Shown here piece by piece: positions 63,220 through 64,000 of a stretch of DNA of 64,000 bases. The notes under the pieces are model-generated. The model had not been told where the DNA came from, made no database searches, and saw nothing but the letters and a program-made list of their open reading frames with translations. Each line of letters starts with the position of its first letter. Position 1 is the stretch's first letter. Position numbers and translations under genes: made by a program. The stretch covers positions 25,358,001 through 25,422,000 of the forward strand of contig OX597815.1 in NCBI GenBank assembly GCA_951406725.2, written 5' to 3'. This DNA comes from Octopus vulgaris. Taxonomy: Eukaryota.

Positions 63220-63486
63220 CATGTGTCTAACACACGGGGACATGCCTACAAAGTCAGAAAACAACACAGCTCCCATGACTTTCGGAAACATTTTTTCACG
63301 CTCAGAGTTGCTGAAGCATGGAATAAACTGCCTGCGTCAGTTGTTGACTGCCATGACACTGCATCCTTTAAGGCCCTCATGCTTTCCGAAATCCGCCAAA
63401 ACTACACCTGATTATATATACACTTTAGATGAGTTGTAGTGCACCTGAGCACTGTACACAATGTTTTATTATATTATTATTATTAT
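63220..63486 (+). mobile_element. CR1-type LINE 3' fragment (same family as 45616)
   Basis: Near-identical to 45857-46130. Confidence 0.9.
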
Positions 63487-64000
63487 GTTGCTATCTTGAT
63501 CCAGTTGGCATATGATCAAGCATGCAACATCTGTGGCCCTCGTGTTCTTTCTTTTTTTATATGGCAGGTGTGTTTTGAAGAAGATTTGGCAACTATTTCT
63601 GGCAGGACAAACTTTTAGCAGTAGATGCCATAATTTGACTGCGAAATTTGTGCCTTAATAAGGAGCAAAGAACTTGATTTATGGACCACTTTAATTCATT
63701 GAAATATTTAACATTTACAACTACATGGCCCATTCTTTTATTAACAAAAAAAATATTGTTTTAAGAGTGTTATAGTTTGCTTGAAGCATTGTAATGTAGA
63801 AGTAGAAAAATGAATGAATTGAGAAATCAAGAAAGCTTCTAACGATGCAGAAAGTTTAAAAAGAACCTTTATAGTTCAGGTGCAAAGGCCTATCTTTAGA
63901 AGAATACCGTCAAAGAAATGTGTATTTACATAGATCCTGCCATTTTGGAGAGTCTGGTGCTTTGGCTTGTAGTTGCAGTGCCCCAAATACTGGTGTAGTT

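Overview
AT-rich, microsatellite-dense eukaryotic DNA. The SINE, RTE and microsatellite content looks like an Octopus (cephalopod) genome, which is an inference. One host gene is well supported: a + strand GH20 lysosomal beta-hexosaminidase (HEXA/HEXB pro-ortholog). Nine coding exons lie between 13711 and 61760 (about 445 codons, all GT-AG, phases consistent), and the C-terminal exons lie beyond the window. Nearly everything else is transposon-derived: a near-intact RTE LINE (56953-60714, minus), a decayed full-length RTE, Dong/R4, CR1, Gypsy, mariner and Penelope fossils, Helitrons, hAT/piggyBac/Tc1 MITEs and several tRNA-SINE families. The most notable unexplained structure is a set of three unrelated palindromic elements (about 5.6, 14.6 and 29.2 kb), each arm carrying an outward-pointing Penelope-type hammerhead ribozyme core. 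The 29 kb element has a complete minimal type-I hammerhead on the minus strand. Other highlights are a SINE patched with 90 bp of flank from a locus 19 kb away, a duplicated splice acceptor of exon 5, SINE/LINE tail sharing and a recent 1.1 kb tandem duplication. All calls are by eye, family names come from recalled motifs rather than database searches, and repeat boundaries are approximate.
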